NCBI GenBank assembly: GCA_964243365.1
Contig: CAXTEL010000008.1
Location: forward strand, 7,123 to 71,122
DNA length: 64,000 nucleotides
DNA from: an uncultured Roseomonas sp.
GTDB taxonomy: Bacteria; Pseudomonadota; Alphaproteobacteria; Acetobacterales; Acetobacteraceae
Direction: 5' to 3'
Shown: positions 31,153-40,379 of the stretch, in pieces
Layout: each line of letters begins with the position of its first letter
Numbering within the stretch: the first letter of the stretch is position 1
Notes under the pieces: model-generated
Told to the model about the DNA's origin: nothing
Seen by the model: only the letters and a program-made list of their open reading frames with translations
Databases searched by the model: none
Position numbers and translations under genes: made by a program

Positions 31153-32100
31153 GTGAGCGCGCCCGGCGCCGCCGCGCGGGCCGTCGTCATCGATTGCGAC
31201 CCCGGCACCGACGACGCCCTGGCGCTGTGGCTGGCGGTCGCCTCGCCGGAGCTGGACGTTCGGCTCGTCACGGTGGTCGGCGGCAATGCCGGGTTGGAGC
31301 GGACACTGCCCAACGCCCGCGCGGTGCTCGGCCTGGCGGGCTCGCGCGTGCCGGTGGTGGCGGGCGCGGCGCAACCGCTGCTGGGGCGCTTTCGGAGCGA
31401 GCCGAGGGTGCACGCGGCCGACGGGCTGGGCGGCGTGCCCCTGCCCGAGGGACCGCCCGCGACGCCCGGACTGGCCAGCGACGCCCTCCGCGACCTGCTG
31501 CGCGCCGCGCCCCCGGGCGAGGTGACGCTGGTAGGGCTGGGTCCCGCGACCAACCTGGCCCTGGCCCTGGCGACCGAGCCGGCGCTGGCGGCCCGGGTGC
31601 GCGAGATCGTGCTGATGACCGGCGCCTGGGGCGAGGGCAACTGGACCCCGGCTGCCGAGTTCAACGCCGCCTCCGACCCCGAGGCGCTGGCCGTCGTGCT
31701 CGCCTCCGGGGCGCCGGTGACCCTGGTGACGCTGGAACTGACGGCCCAGGCGCTGGTGACACCGGCCCGGCTGGCCGCGCTGCCCGGGGCGGCGGGATCG
31801 GGACGCTGTCTGCGGGCGGCGGCGGACATCATGCGGAGCGTCCCGCCGTCCCGACGACTCGGCGGTGGCGGCTTCCCCCTGCACGATCCCTGCGCGGCGG
31901 CATTCCTGCTGGCGCCCGACCTCTTCTCGCTACGCGAGGCCGAGGTCAGGGTGGAATGCGGCGAGGGCCCAGGGCGCGGCAGGACCCACGTGAACCGCTG
32001 GGGCCGGACCGACCACCCCGCGAACGCGCGAGTGGCCGAGACCTTGGACGCGGACGGGTTCTTCGCCCTGCTCGGCGCCAGGCTCGCATCCCTGCCCTGA
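31153..32100 (+). CDS. Nucleoside hydrolase (IUNH family)
   Basis: VVIDCDPGTDDALAL (DxDxxxDD) and FPLHDPCAAAF. GTG 31153. Confidence 0.85.
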   Translation: MSAPGAAARAVVIDCDPGTDDALALWLAVASPELDVRLVTVVGGNAGLERTLPNARAVLGLAGSRVPVVAGAAQPLLGRFRSEPRVHAADGLGGVPLPEGPPATPGLASDALRDLLRAAPPGEVTLVGLGPATNLALALATEPALAARVREIVLMTGAWGEGNWTPAAEFNAASDPEALAVVLASGAPVTLVTLELTAQALVTPARLAALPGAAGSGRCLRAAADIMRSVPPSRRLGGGGFPLHDPCAAAFLLAPDLFSLREAEVRVECGEGPGRGRTHVNRWGRTDHPANARVAETLDADGFFALLGARLASLP

Positions 32101-32134
32101 GGACGGAGCCGTTCCCGCGGGACGGCGCCCGGGG

Positions 32135-32440
32135 TCAGCCGAGCAGCGGGACCTGTGCCTCGGGGGCGGACTGCTCCCGCAGCCAAGCCGCCGCGCTCGC
32201 GGGCAGGCCGTCGGACACCACCTCGGAGTCAGTGCGGAGAACCACGATTGAGCCCTCCACCCCGTGCCGCCGCAATGCCTGCCGCAGGTGGCTGGCAAGG
32301 TAGCCCACCGAAACCCCGGTGGACACCAGCAGCGCATCGGCCGTGGGGAGCCAGTGGCTGTCCGACACTTCCCAGATCGCGGCCTCCAGGATCTCGGAGC
32401 CCCCGGGCGGCAGGTCGTGCAGGACGAGGCAGAGCGACAT
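32135..32440 (-). CDS. Small hypothetical protein (101 aa)
   Basis: ATG start, balanced composition, high GC3. No motif recognised. Confidence 0.45.
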   Translation of the reverse strand: MSLCLVLHDLPPGGSEILEAAIWEVSDSHWLPTADALLVSTGVSVGYLASHLRQALRRHGVEGSIVVLRTDSEVVSDGLPASAAAWLREQSAPEAQVPLLG

Positions 32441-32494
32441 CGACGCGTACCCACCGACGTGAGAGTGAAAGATAATAGGTCGGCGGGCCGCTCG

Positions 32495-32517
32495 GTTTCA
32501 TCCCCGAAGTTTCATCC
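32495..32517 (+). promoter_or_regulatory. 9-bp direct repeat GTTTCATCC x2 with a 5-bp spacer, upstream of the phosphodiesterase gene
   Basis: Read directly at 32495-32503 and 32509-32517, 12-35 nt upstream of the GTG at 32530. Confidence 0.35.
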
Positions 32518-32529
32518 AGCGGAAAAGGT

Positions 32530-33267
32530 GTGCGCTTGACCGCCGAAATCGTGAGCCACCGCGGCGGTGCCCTGCTGTGGCCTGAGAACAGTCTCACCGC
32601 GTTCCGCGAGAGTGCCGGCCTGACGCTGGAGATGACGGAATGCGACGTGCACCCGTCGCGCGACGGCGAGCCGACAGTTATCCACGACCCCGCGCTGGAT
32701 CGCACCACGGAGGCGCGCGGCCCGGTGCGCGACCGCGACTCGGCGGAACTGGCGCGGTTGCGGCTGCGCGGCGCACGGGGCGAGACGGTGCCGAGCCTGG
32801 CGGAGGTGGCGGCGCTGCTGGCCACCACGGGCCTGCGCCTGCAGATCGAGATCAAGGCGGACGCGTCGGGTCGGCCCTATCCGGGCTTGCTGGGAGCGAC
32901 GCTGCGGGTCCTGGACGCGGCGGGGATGCGCGCGCGCTCCGGGATCATCGCCTTCGACGCGCGCACGGCCGCGGCGGCCGGGGCAGCGGGCGGGCTGGAC
33001 CACGTGGCGTGGCTGGTGGAGCCCGGCCTGCTGCGCTCGATTGGGCCGGAGGGCGTGGCGGCGGTGGCGCGGGCGCACCGTCTCGCCATGGTCGAGACGC
33101 ACGAGGCCGCGCTCGATGCCGAGGTGCTGCGCGGCCTGCGGGCGGGCGGGCTGCGGGTGGGCGCGTGGGGGGCGAACCACGCGCCCGCGATCGAGCGGAT
33201 GCTGGCGCTGGGGGTGGACGCGATGGCATCCGATGATCCGGTCCTGGCGCTGCGGCTCAGGTTCTGA
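32530..33267 (+). CDS. Glycerophosphodiester phosphodiesterase family protein
   Basis: SHRGG...PENSLTAF, ECDVHPSRDGEPTVIHD and LDRTT. Start is GTG 32530 or TTG 32536. Confidence 0.85.
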   Translation: MRLTAEIVSHRGGALLWPENSLTAFRESAGLTLEMTECDVHPSRDGEPTVIHDPALDRTTEARGPVRDRDSAELARLRLRGARGETVPSLAEVAALLATTGLRLQIEIKADASGRPYPGLLGATLRVLDAAGMRARSGIIAFDARTAAAAGAAGGLDHVAWLVEPGLLRSIGPEGVAAVARAHRLAMVETHEAALDAEVLRGLRAGGLRVGAWGANHAPAIERMLALGVDAMASDDPVLALRLRF

Positions 33268-33321
33268 CGGAGGGGATGCGGGAAGCGGGTCGGCGACGCG
33301 CCCCGCCTCAACGCTCCGGCG

Positions 33322-33627
33322 TCACTCCGAAGTGAAGCGGAAGGCGCCGCCCGGAACCCCCGTGTCGCCCGGCGCGACTGGGACGTGGGACGCATCCTCG
33401 ACGGCAGGCGGCGCGGCGTTGGCCTGCCGGGCCCGGGTTTCCAGCTCCTGCAGCAGCTTGGTGAGGCTGGTGAGCAGCAGCGGCAGCTGCACCAGGGGCA
33501 GCACCAGCTGGCCGTTGGGCACGCCGCGCCCGTCGGAACCCGTTTGGCCGAGCGTGACCCGGACCATGCCGTGGCGCACGTGGGCCTCGAGCACGCCGTC
33601 GGTGAAGAGGGTCGGCAGGTTGCTCAT
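33322..33627 (-). CDS. Hypothetical 101-aa protein, last gene of the T1SS operon
   Basis: ATG 33627 lies 10 nt after the HlyD stop, with GAGG 8 nt upstream. Normal composition. No motif recognised. Confidence 0.5.
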   Translation of the reverse strand: MSNLPTLFTDGVLEAHVRHGMVRVTLGQTGSDGRGVPNGQLVLPLVQLPLLLTSLTKLLQELETRARQANAAPPAVEDASHVPVAPGDTGVPGGAFRFTSE

Positions 33628-33637
33628 GTGATGAACC

Positions 33638-35005
33638 TCAGGATTCGCGGAAAGCGCGGTGAAAGCTGTCGATCACCGGCTGCATCATGTAGCGGAAGAA
33701 GGAGCGCTCGCCGATCTTGATCTGCGCCTCCACCGGCATGCCAGCCCGCAGCGCCACGCCGTCGAGGGCGCGAAGCTGCCCCTCGTCGATGCTGATCTGC
33801 GCCCGGTAGAACTCGAGCCCGCGCTGCGGGTCCTGGGTCACGTCGCTGCCCACGAACACCACGTGGCCGTCCAGGAACGGCACCAGCCGCTGCTTAAAGG
33901 CAGGCAGCCGGACCTCCGCCTGCAGGCCGACGTAGACCACGTCAATGTCGCTCGGCGACACGTGCACCTCGGCGATCAACCGGTCCCGCGAGGGCACAAT
34001 CTCCATGACGGTGTCGCCGGCGCGGACCACGGCGCCGGGGTTGAAGAACTTGCTGCCCAACACCGTGCCGTCGGCCGGGGAAAGGATCTCGCGCCGCGTC
34101 GCGACGTCCTGGGCGGCGCGCAGCCGCTCATCGACCTCCATCAGCTTGGAGCGCACCTCGCGCGCTTCGGTGGAAACCTCCTGAAGGCGCTGGTCGCGGA
34201 CCCGCTGCAGCTCGCGCTGGGTTTCGACGATCTGCGACTGGGCGCGGTCGATCTGGCCGACGAGGTCGAGCAGGTTGCCCTCGGTGGAGGCGACCTGCCG
34301 CTGCAGGCCCAGCAGGCGCGGCATGCGCTCCAGCCCCTGCCGGACCAAGACGCCCACGTCGGCCTCCTCGCGCCGCAGCAGATCCAGCTGGCGGCGCTGG
34401 CTGCCGACCTGCGCGCGGGCCGAGGTGATCGTCGCCTCGTGCTGCACCAAGCGCGCTTCCAGCACCTGCCTCTGGCTGTTCAGGGTCGCGATCCGGCTGG
34501 CAAACAGGATCTGCTGCCCGGTCATCGCTTCGCGCGCCCGGGCGTCATCGGACTCGAGCAGGTTGGCCGGAAAGGCCACAGCGCTCGCCCCGGCCATCTC
34601 CGCGGCCAGCCGGGCGTCCTGCGCGCCCAGCGCCCAACGGCTGCCGCGCAGGCTTTCCACGCTGGTGTCGGCCTGGATGTCGTCCAGACGCATCAGCACC
34701 TGGCCGCGGCGGACCTCGTCGCCGTCGCGGGCCAGGATCTCGCGGATGATGCCGCCCTCGAGGTGCTGCACGGCGCGCCGGTTACCCTCGCTCTTGATAA
34801 CGCCGGGCGCGATCGCCGCCTCGCTCAGCGGCGCGAAGGCGGACCAAGCCGCGAAGCTGCCGAAGAAGCCGAGGATGCCCAGCATGCCCATCAGCACCGG
34901 CCCACGCGTGCGCGGACGCGGAAGGTCAAGCACCAGCCCGGGTGTTGGAGCGCGGGAAATCTCGGCCGGCAGCTGCCCGCCGGGAAGGGCGACGGTGGTG
35001 CTCAT
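33638..35005 (-). CDS. HlyD-family type I secretion membrane fusion protein
   Basis: ATGA overlap with the ABC gene. N-terminal TM segment, long coiled-coil region and AIAPGVIKSEGNRRAVQHLEGGII, typical of T1SS MFPs. Confidence 0.9.
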   Translation of the reverse strand: MSTTVALPGGQLPAEISRAPTPGLVLDLPRPRTRGPVLMGMLGILGFFGSFAAWSAFAPLSEAAIAPGVIKSEGNRRAVQHLEGGIIREILARDGDEVRRGQVLMRLDDIQADTSVESLRGSRWALGAQDARLAAEMAGASAVAFPANLLESDDARAREAMTGQQILFASRIATLNSQRQVLEARLVQHEATITSARAQVGSQRRQLDLLRREEADVGVLVRQGLERMPRLLGLQRQVASTEGNLLDLVGQIDRAQSQIVETQRELQRVRDQRLQEVSTEAREVRSKLMEVDERLRAAQDVATRREILSPADGTVLGSKFFNPGAVVRAGDTVMEIVPSRDRLIAEVHVSPSDIDVVYVGLQAEVRLPAFKQRLVPFLDGHVVFVGSDVTQDPQRGLEFYRAQISIDEGQLRALDGVALRAGMPVEAQIKIGERSFFRYMMQPVIDSFHRAFRES

Positions 35006-36798
35006 GCGGCCACTCCGGGCTGGCTGGCTTCGGGTGGGCGGGAACCCTGGACGCTGCCCTGGACGCCGCCCGGAGGCGGACCCTGGACCGGCGGCGCGGC
35101 GCGCGGACCCATGACGCGGGCCAGCACCTCCTGGCGCGGCCCGAACGCCTCGATCTGACCCTCGCGCAGCACCATCACCTTGTCCACGCCCTGCACCAGC
35201 ACCGGCCGGTGGCTGACCAGCACCACGGTGGTGCCGCGCCCCTTCAGCTCGCGGATCGCCTTGAGCAGGCGCGCCTCGGAGTCGCCGTCCAGGCTGCTGT
35301 CGGGCTCGTCGAGCACGATCAGCTTGGGCCGGCCGAACATCGCCCGCGCCAGGCCCACGAGCTGCCGCTGGCCGCCGGACAGCTGCTGGCCCTGCTCGCC
35401 CACCTCGGTGTCGTAGCCCTGCGGCAGGCGCAGGATCATCTCGTGGCAGCCGGCCAGCTTGGCCGCCTCGAACACGTCGTCGGGCACCGCCTCGCCCATG
35501 CGGGCGATGTTGCGCAGCACGGTGCCCTCGAACAGTTCCACGTCCTGCGGCAGATAGCCGACGTGCCGGCCGAGATCCTCGCGCAGCCAGGTGGACACGT
35601 CGGCGCCGTCCAGGCGCACGGCGCCGGAGGAGGGGGCGAGGGTACCGATCAGCAGCCGCACCAGCGTGGTCTTGCCCGCCGCCGACGGCCCGATGATGGC
35701 CACGCTGTCGCCAGGCTCGAAGGTGAAGGAGAGCCCCTTGATGATCGCGGCGGTGCTGCCGGGTGGCGCGTAGGCCAAGCGCTCGGAGGTGACGCGCCCT
35801 TCCGGCTCGGGCAGCGGCAGCCCGGGCGGGCGCAGCCGCGGCAGGCCCAGGAAGGTCTTGAGCCGCGTCAGCGCTTGGCGGACCTGCACCAGCCCCTTCC
35901 AGCCGCCGATCAGCTGCTCCACCGGCGCCAGCGCGCGGCCCATGATGATGGAGCCGGCGATCGAGGCGCCCGAGGTAATCTCCTGCTTCATGGTCAGCCA
36001 AGCGCCGAGGCCCAGGATGGCGATCTGCAGCGCGAGCCGGGTGAACTTGGTGAACGAGGACAGGATGGCGGCGCGGTCGGCCGCGCGGTCCTGCAGCGGC
36101 GCCGCCTCGGCTAGCCCCTCGCGCCAGCGCTGCAGCACGGCCGGCGCCATACCCATGCTGTCGATCACCTCGGCGTTGCGGGCCACGGCTTCGGCCCGCC
36201 GATGGCTGGCCATGCTGGACACGTTGGCGCGCTTGAGCAGCGGCGAGGTGCTAGACTCGCTGATCAGGGTGAGCAGGAACAGCACCACCGCGCCGCCCAC
36301 CGCCACCCAGCCCATCATCGGGTGCAGCAGGAAGATCGCGCCCAGGTAGATCGGCACCCAGGGCACGTCGTACAGCGACAGCGCGCCGGGGCTGCCCAGC
36401 CAGTTGCGGCACACGGACAGGTCGCGCAGCGCTTCCATCCGGTAGGGCCGGCCGCGAAGCTGCGCTTCCAGCGCGCGCGTGAAGCCTTCCGGCGCCACGC
36501 GGGCCTCGATCCAGGTGGCGGCGCGGCCCATCACCTGCCCGCGCGCACCCTCCAGCAGGGCCAGCAGCCCGATCGCCGCGACCGCGATCAGCGTCAGCCA
36601 GACCAGCGTGTCGAGGCTGCGGGTGGCCAGGACGCGGTCGAACACCTGCATCATGTACAACGATACGGTGAGCTGCAGCAGGTTCACCACGCCGCTGAAC
36701 ACCGCCACCGCCATGAACTGGCCCCGGCACGCGGCGATGGCGCGGCCGAGGACGGTATCCTTGGACGCGACGCCCTGCGGGGGAACGAGGAGGCTCAT
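35002..36798 (-). CDS. Type I secretion system permease/ATPase (PrtD/HasD type, no C39 peptidase domain)
   Basis: 598 aa. TM domain followed by Walker A GPSAAGKTT, signature LSGGQRQ and Walker B LIVLDEP. Confidence 0.9.
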   Translation of the reverse strand: MSLLVPPQGVASKDTVLGRAIAACRGQFMAVAVFSGVVNLLQLTVSLYMMQVFDRVLATRSLDTLVWLTLIAVAAIGLLALLEGARGQVMGRAATWIEARVAPEGFTRALEAQLRGRPYRMEALRDLSVCRNWLGSPGALSLYDVPWVPIYLGAIFLLHPMMGWVAVGGAVVLFLLTLISESSTSPLLKRANVSSMASHRRAEAVARNAEVIDSMGMAPAVLQRWREGLAEAAPLQDRAADRAAILSSFTKFTRLALQIAILGLGAWLTMKQEITSGASIAGSIIMGRALAPVEQLIGGWKGLVQVRQALTRLKTFLGLPRLRPPGLPLPEPEGRVTSERLAYAPPGSTAAIIKGLSFTFEPGDSVAIIGPSAAGKTTLVRLLIGTLAPSSGAVRLDGADVSTWLREDLGRHVGYLPQDVELFEGTVLRNIARMGEAVPDDVFEAAKLAGCHEMILRLPQGYDTEVGEQGQQLSGGQRQLVGLARAMFGRPKLIVLDEPDSSLDGDSEARLLKAIRELKGRGTTVVLVSHRPVLVQGVDKVMVLREGQIEAFGPRQEVLARVMGPRAAPPVQGPPPGGVQGSVQGSRPPEASQPGVAA

Positions 36799-36952
36799 CG
36801 GGCGTCTCCGTAGGCTTCTGGGTAGGCTTTGGGCTCGGAGCGCCGTGACGGGCGACCAGAACGCGGACCGGCTAGCGTTCTTTTTCTACCCTGTCCGGTG
36901 AAGATTCCGTAACCGCCGATACGCCGGGGGGTGGATCGTGGATGCGATCGGC

Positions 36953-37909
36953 CTACACCCAGGGAACGGAAAGGTAGGCGATGCGCTTGTTCTCCCGCCT
37001 GCCACGCGTCACCGTGTCTAGGATCAGGCCGCAGGTGAGCGACAGGAAGGACAATACCACCATTCCTACCGCGAGGAGAAACGTCGGCAGCCGCGGCACC
37101 AGCCCGGTCCGCAGATAGGTTTCCAGCACCGGCGCCACCAGGACCCCGGCCCCCAGCAGCAGCGCGCCCGCCAGCAGCCCGAAGAAGGGCAGGGGCCGCT
37201 CCCGTCGCATCAGCCCGACGATGGTGCGCAGGATGCGCGCGCCGTCGCTCCAGGTCCGCAGCTTGGAGGCCGAGCCGCTCGGCCGCTCGCTGTAGGGGGT
37301 GGGCAGCTCGCCCACCGGCATGCGCAGCTCCAGCGCGTGCACGGTGAACTCGGTTTCCGTCTCGAAACCTTCGGACAACGCGGGGAAGGACTTCACGAAG
37401 CGGCGCGAGAACACCCGGTAGCCCGACAGCATGTCGGTGACGCGGTCGCCGAACACCAGCCGAACCATTCCCGTCAGCACCCGGTTGCCCAGGCGGTGCC
37501 CGGGCCGGTAGGCGCCCAGCCCCGCGTCCACCCGCACCGCGGTCACCATGTCCAACCGCTCGCGCAGCAGCAGGCCGAGCATGGCCGGCGCGGCGGCGGC
37601 GTCGTAGGTGCCGTCGCCGTCCACCAGCACGTAGGCGTCCGCCTCCACGTCGGCGAACATGCGCCGCACGACGTTGCCCTTGCCCGGCAGGCTCTCGCCC
37701 CGCACCACCGCGCCGGCCGCCCGCGCCACCGCCGCGGTGCCATCGGTGCTGGCGTTGTCGTACACGTACACCGTGGCCCCGGGCAGCGCGGCCCGGAAAC
37801 CCGCCACCACGCCCGGCACCGCCGCTTCCTCGTCGCGGCAGGGCACGAGCACGGCGATCCTCGGCGCCGTCGTCGCGGGAACCCCGTCCCGGGGCGCGGT
37901 CCCGCTCAC
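36953..37909 (-). CDS. GT2 polyprenyl-phosphate glycosyltransferase (GtrB/ArnC/DPM1-like)
   Basis: GTGA overlap with gtrA. VLVPCRDEE, DNASTDGT and VLVDGDGTYD (DxD). Two C-terminal TM helices. Confidence 0.85.
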   Translation of the reverse strand: MSGTAPRDGVPATTAPRIAVLVPCRDEEAAVPGVVAGFRAALPGATVYVYDNASTDGTAAVARAAGAVVRGESLPGKGNVVRRMFADVEADAYVLVDGDGTYDAAAAPAMLGLLLRERLDMVTAVRVDAGLGAYRPGHRLGNRVLTGMVRLVFGDRVTDMLSGYRVFSRRFVKSFPALSEGFETETEFTVHALELRMPVGELPTPYSERPSGSASKLRTWSDGARILRTIVGLMRRERPLPFFGLLAGALLLGAGVLVAPVLETYLRTGLVPRLPTFLLAVGMVVLSFLSLTCGLILDTVTRGRRENKRIAYLSVPWV

Positions 37910-38346
37910 GAACCGTCGAACACGTATCGCCGGGACAGCACGAAGTTGCCCGCCAAGCCTGTCAGCGCCCCCGCCGCGACCCCGAGCACCGGATGCGCGG
38001 CGACCAGCGGCACGTTGGCGACGAGCAGGGCGTAGGTGCCGTAGTTCACCGCGAAGCCCGACAGGTTCACGACCAGGAACCGCGCCCACTGCGCGAGCGC
38101 CGGGCCGCGGCCGCCGCGCCCGCGGAAGGTCCAGGCGCGGTTCAGCGCCCAGGTCGCGGTCGCCGCCGCCAGGTAGGACAGCAGCCGCCCGCCGTAGGGG
38201 CCCGCGCCCGCTGCCAGCGCCGCCAGCAGCATCGCCGAGTCCACCACGAAGCCCGCGGTGCCGACGGCGCCGAAGCGCAGCAGCTGCGCCGCGAGCGTCC
38301 GGGCAGGGCCGCCGAGCCGTTCCGCCGGAGCGCTTCTGGCGTGCAT
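37906..38346 (-). CDS. GtrA family membrane protein
   Basis: 146 aa, 4 TM segments. LLRFGAVGTAGFVVDSAML is a typical GtrA start. Confidence 0.8.
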   Translation of the reverse strand: MHARSAPAERLGGPARTLAAQLLRFGAVGTAGFVVDSAMLLAALAAGAGPYGGRLLSYLAAATATWALNRAWTFRGRGGRGPALAQWARFLVVNLSGFAVNYGTYALLVANVPLVAAHPVLGVAAGALTGLAGNFVLSRRYVFDGS

Positions 38347-38568
38347 GGGGCAGGGATAGTTGGGCCGGTGGACGCTGCCAAGGTGGGGGCCGGGGCGGGA
38401 GCGGGATGGCGGCGCGGCGCGCCCGGTGCCGGGATGCCGGCGCCCCGGCCCGTTGCTCGACGCCGGGCGCGTTGCCTTCGGCGGCCGGCGCACGGGACTT
38501 GCGCCCCGGCGGGTGGTCGGCTTCCCTCCCGGCCTGCGTCGAACGTCCGCGTCCGAGGAACCATGAGC

Positions 38569-40161
38569 ATGCAGCGTCGCGACTTCCTGGCGGGCACCGC
38601 CGGGGCTGGCCTGTCGGCCGCCATCGCCCGTCCCTCCATCGCGCAGGGCACGGCGTCGCGCGTCCTCAAGTTCGTGCCGCAGTCCGACCTGACCGTGGTG
38701 GACCCGATCGTCACCACTGCTTACGTCACCCGCAACCACGGCTACCTGATCTGGGACACGCTCTACGGACTGGACGAGGACTACAAGCCGCAGCCGCAGA
38801 TGGTGGAAGGGCACGCCGTCGAGGACGACGGCAAGCGCTGGACCCTGAAGCTGCGCGAGGGCCTCAGGTTCCACGACGGCGAACCGGTCCGCGCCCGCGA
38901 CGCCGTGGCCTCGATCCGCCGCTGGGGCGCGCGCGACCCGCTCGGCCAAGTGCTGCTGGCGCGCACGGATGCCCTAGAGGCGCCCGATGACCGCACCATC
39001 GTGTTCCGCCTCAAGCAGTCCTTCCCGCTGCTGCCCGACGCGCTGGGCAAGCCCTCCAGCCCCGTCTGCTTCATCATGCCCGAGCGCTTGGCCCGTACCG
39101 AGGCGACCACTGCGGTGCGCGAACTGATCGGCTCGGGCCCGTACCGCTGGAAGGCCGACGAGCGCGTCCCCGGCTCGCGCGTCGTCTACGAGCGCCATCC
39201 CGAGTACGCCCCCCGCGCCGACGGCAAGGTGTCCTGGACCGCCGGGCCGAAGCGGGTGAACTTCGACCGCGTCGAGTGGCACGTCATCCAGGACGGCGGC
39301 ACCGCCTCGGCCGCGCTGCAGAACGGCGAGGTTGACTGGTGGGAGCAGCCCGGCAGCGACCTGTTCCCCCTCCTGCGACGCAACCGCAACGTCGTGCTGG
39401 AATTGTATGATCCTACCGGATTCATGGCGGTGGGCCGCTTCAACCACCTATACCCGCCCTTCGACAATCCCGCGGTGCGCCGGGCGCTGCTGGGCGCCGT
39501 GAACCAGGCCGACTTCATGACCGCGGTGACCGGCACCGACCGGTCCCTGTGGCGGGAGAACGTGGGCGTGTTCCCGCCCGAAACGCCGATGGCTTCCGAC
39601 GCCGGGCTGGAAGTGCTGAAAGGGCCGCGCGACATGGAGAAGGTCAGGCGCGACCTCGCGGCGGCGGGATACAAGGGCGAGAAGGTGCTGCTGATGGCGC
39701 CGGCCGACTTCCCGACCCTGTTCGCGCTTGCCCAGGTTGGCGCCGACATGATGACGAAGGCCGGCATCAACGTGGATCTCGTGACCACCGACTGGGGCAC
39801 GCTGGTGCAGCGCCGCGCCCGCCGGGAGCCCCCCGACAAGGGCGGCTGGAACATGTTCTTCACCTTCTGGTCGGGGCTGGACATGTTCAATCCCGCCGTC
39901 AGCCAAGCGCTGCGCGGCAACGGGCAGGCGGGCTGGTTCGGCTGGGCCACCGCGCCGAAGCTGGAAGAGCTGCGCGACGCGTGGCTCGACGCGCCTGACC
40001 TCGCGGCGCAGCAGAGGATCGCCGCCGAGGAGCAGCAGCAGGCGATGGTGGACGTGCCGTTCCTGCCCCTGGGCCAGTACTTCCCGGCCTGGGCCTACCG
40101 CCGCGACGCGTCCGGCGTGCTCAAGGGCCTGCCGCTGTTCTGGAACGTGCAGCGCGCCTGA
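38569..40161 (+). CDS. ABC transporter substrate-binding protein, family 5 (peptide/nickel type), Tat signal, copy 1
   Basis: MQRRDFLAGTAGAGL twin-arginine signal. WTLKLREGLRFHDGEPV core motif. ATG 38569 has better SD spacing than 38563. Confidence 0.85.
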   Translation: MQRRDFLAGTAGAGLSAAIARPSIAQGTASRVLKFVPQSDLTVVDPIVTTAYVTRNHGYLIWDTLYGLDEDYKPQPQMVEGHAVEDDGKRWTLKLREGLRFHDGEPVRARDAVASIRRWGARDPLGQVLLARTDALEAPDDRTIVFRLKQSFPLLPDALGKPSSPVCFIMPERLARTEATTAVRELIGSGPYRWKADERVPGSRVVYERHPEYAPRADGKVSWTAGPKRVNFDRVEWHVIQDGGTASAALQNGEVDWWEQPGSDLFPLLRRNRNVVLELYDPTGFMAVGRFNHLYPPFDNPAVRRALLGAVNQADFMTAVTGTDRSLWRENVGVFPPETPMASDAGLEVLKGPRDMEKVRRDLAAAGYKGEKVLLMAPADFPTLFALAQVGADMMTKAGINVDLVTTDWGTLVQRRARREPPDKGGWNMFFTFWSGLDMFNPAVSQALRGNGQAGWFGWATAPKLEELRDAWLDAPDLAAQQRIAAEEQQQAMVDVPFLPLGQYFPAWAYRRDASGVLKGLPLFWNVQRA

Positions 40162-40379
40162 CCACGACCGGGGACCGAAGCGGTCTCCACGACCGGTCGC
40201 GCCCCGGTGCCCGCTGTCCGGGGCCGTGACCCGCGCCGGCCTCCGGCACCGCGCGTGCTGGCACGCCGCGTGCAAAGCTGCCGTCGACGGATGTGCCGGC
40301 GGCCGCCCACGCACTTGGCAGGCCGGTTCCGCGCGGCGCAGGCTGCGCGGCGATGCCCAACGATCGAGCGGAGAGTACG

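Noticed and set aside
36858-36886. Hairpin (A)GAACGC-N10-GCGTTC(T) followed by TTTTC on the plus strand, between the GT2 and T1SS ABC genes
   Set aside because: Short stem and large loop. The T tract is on the strand with no upstream gene, and on the gene-bearing minus strand the tract precedes the stem. Not a convincing terminator or sRNA.
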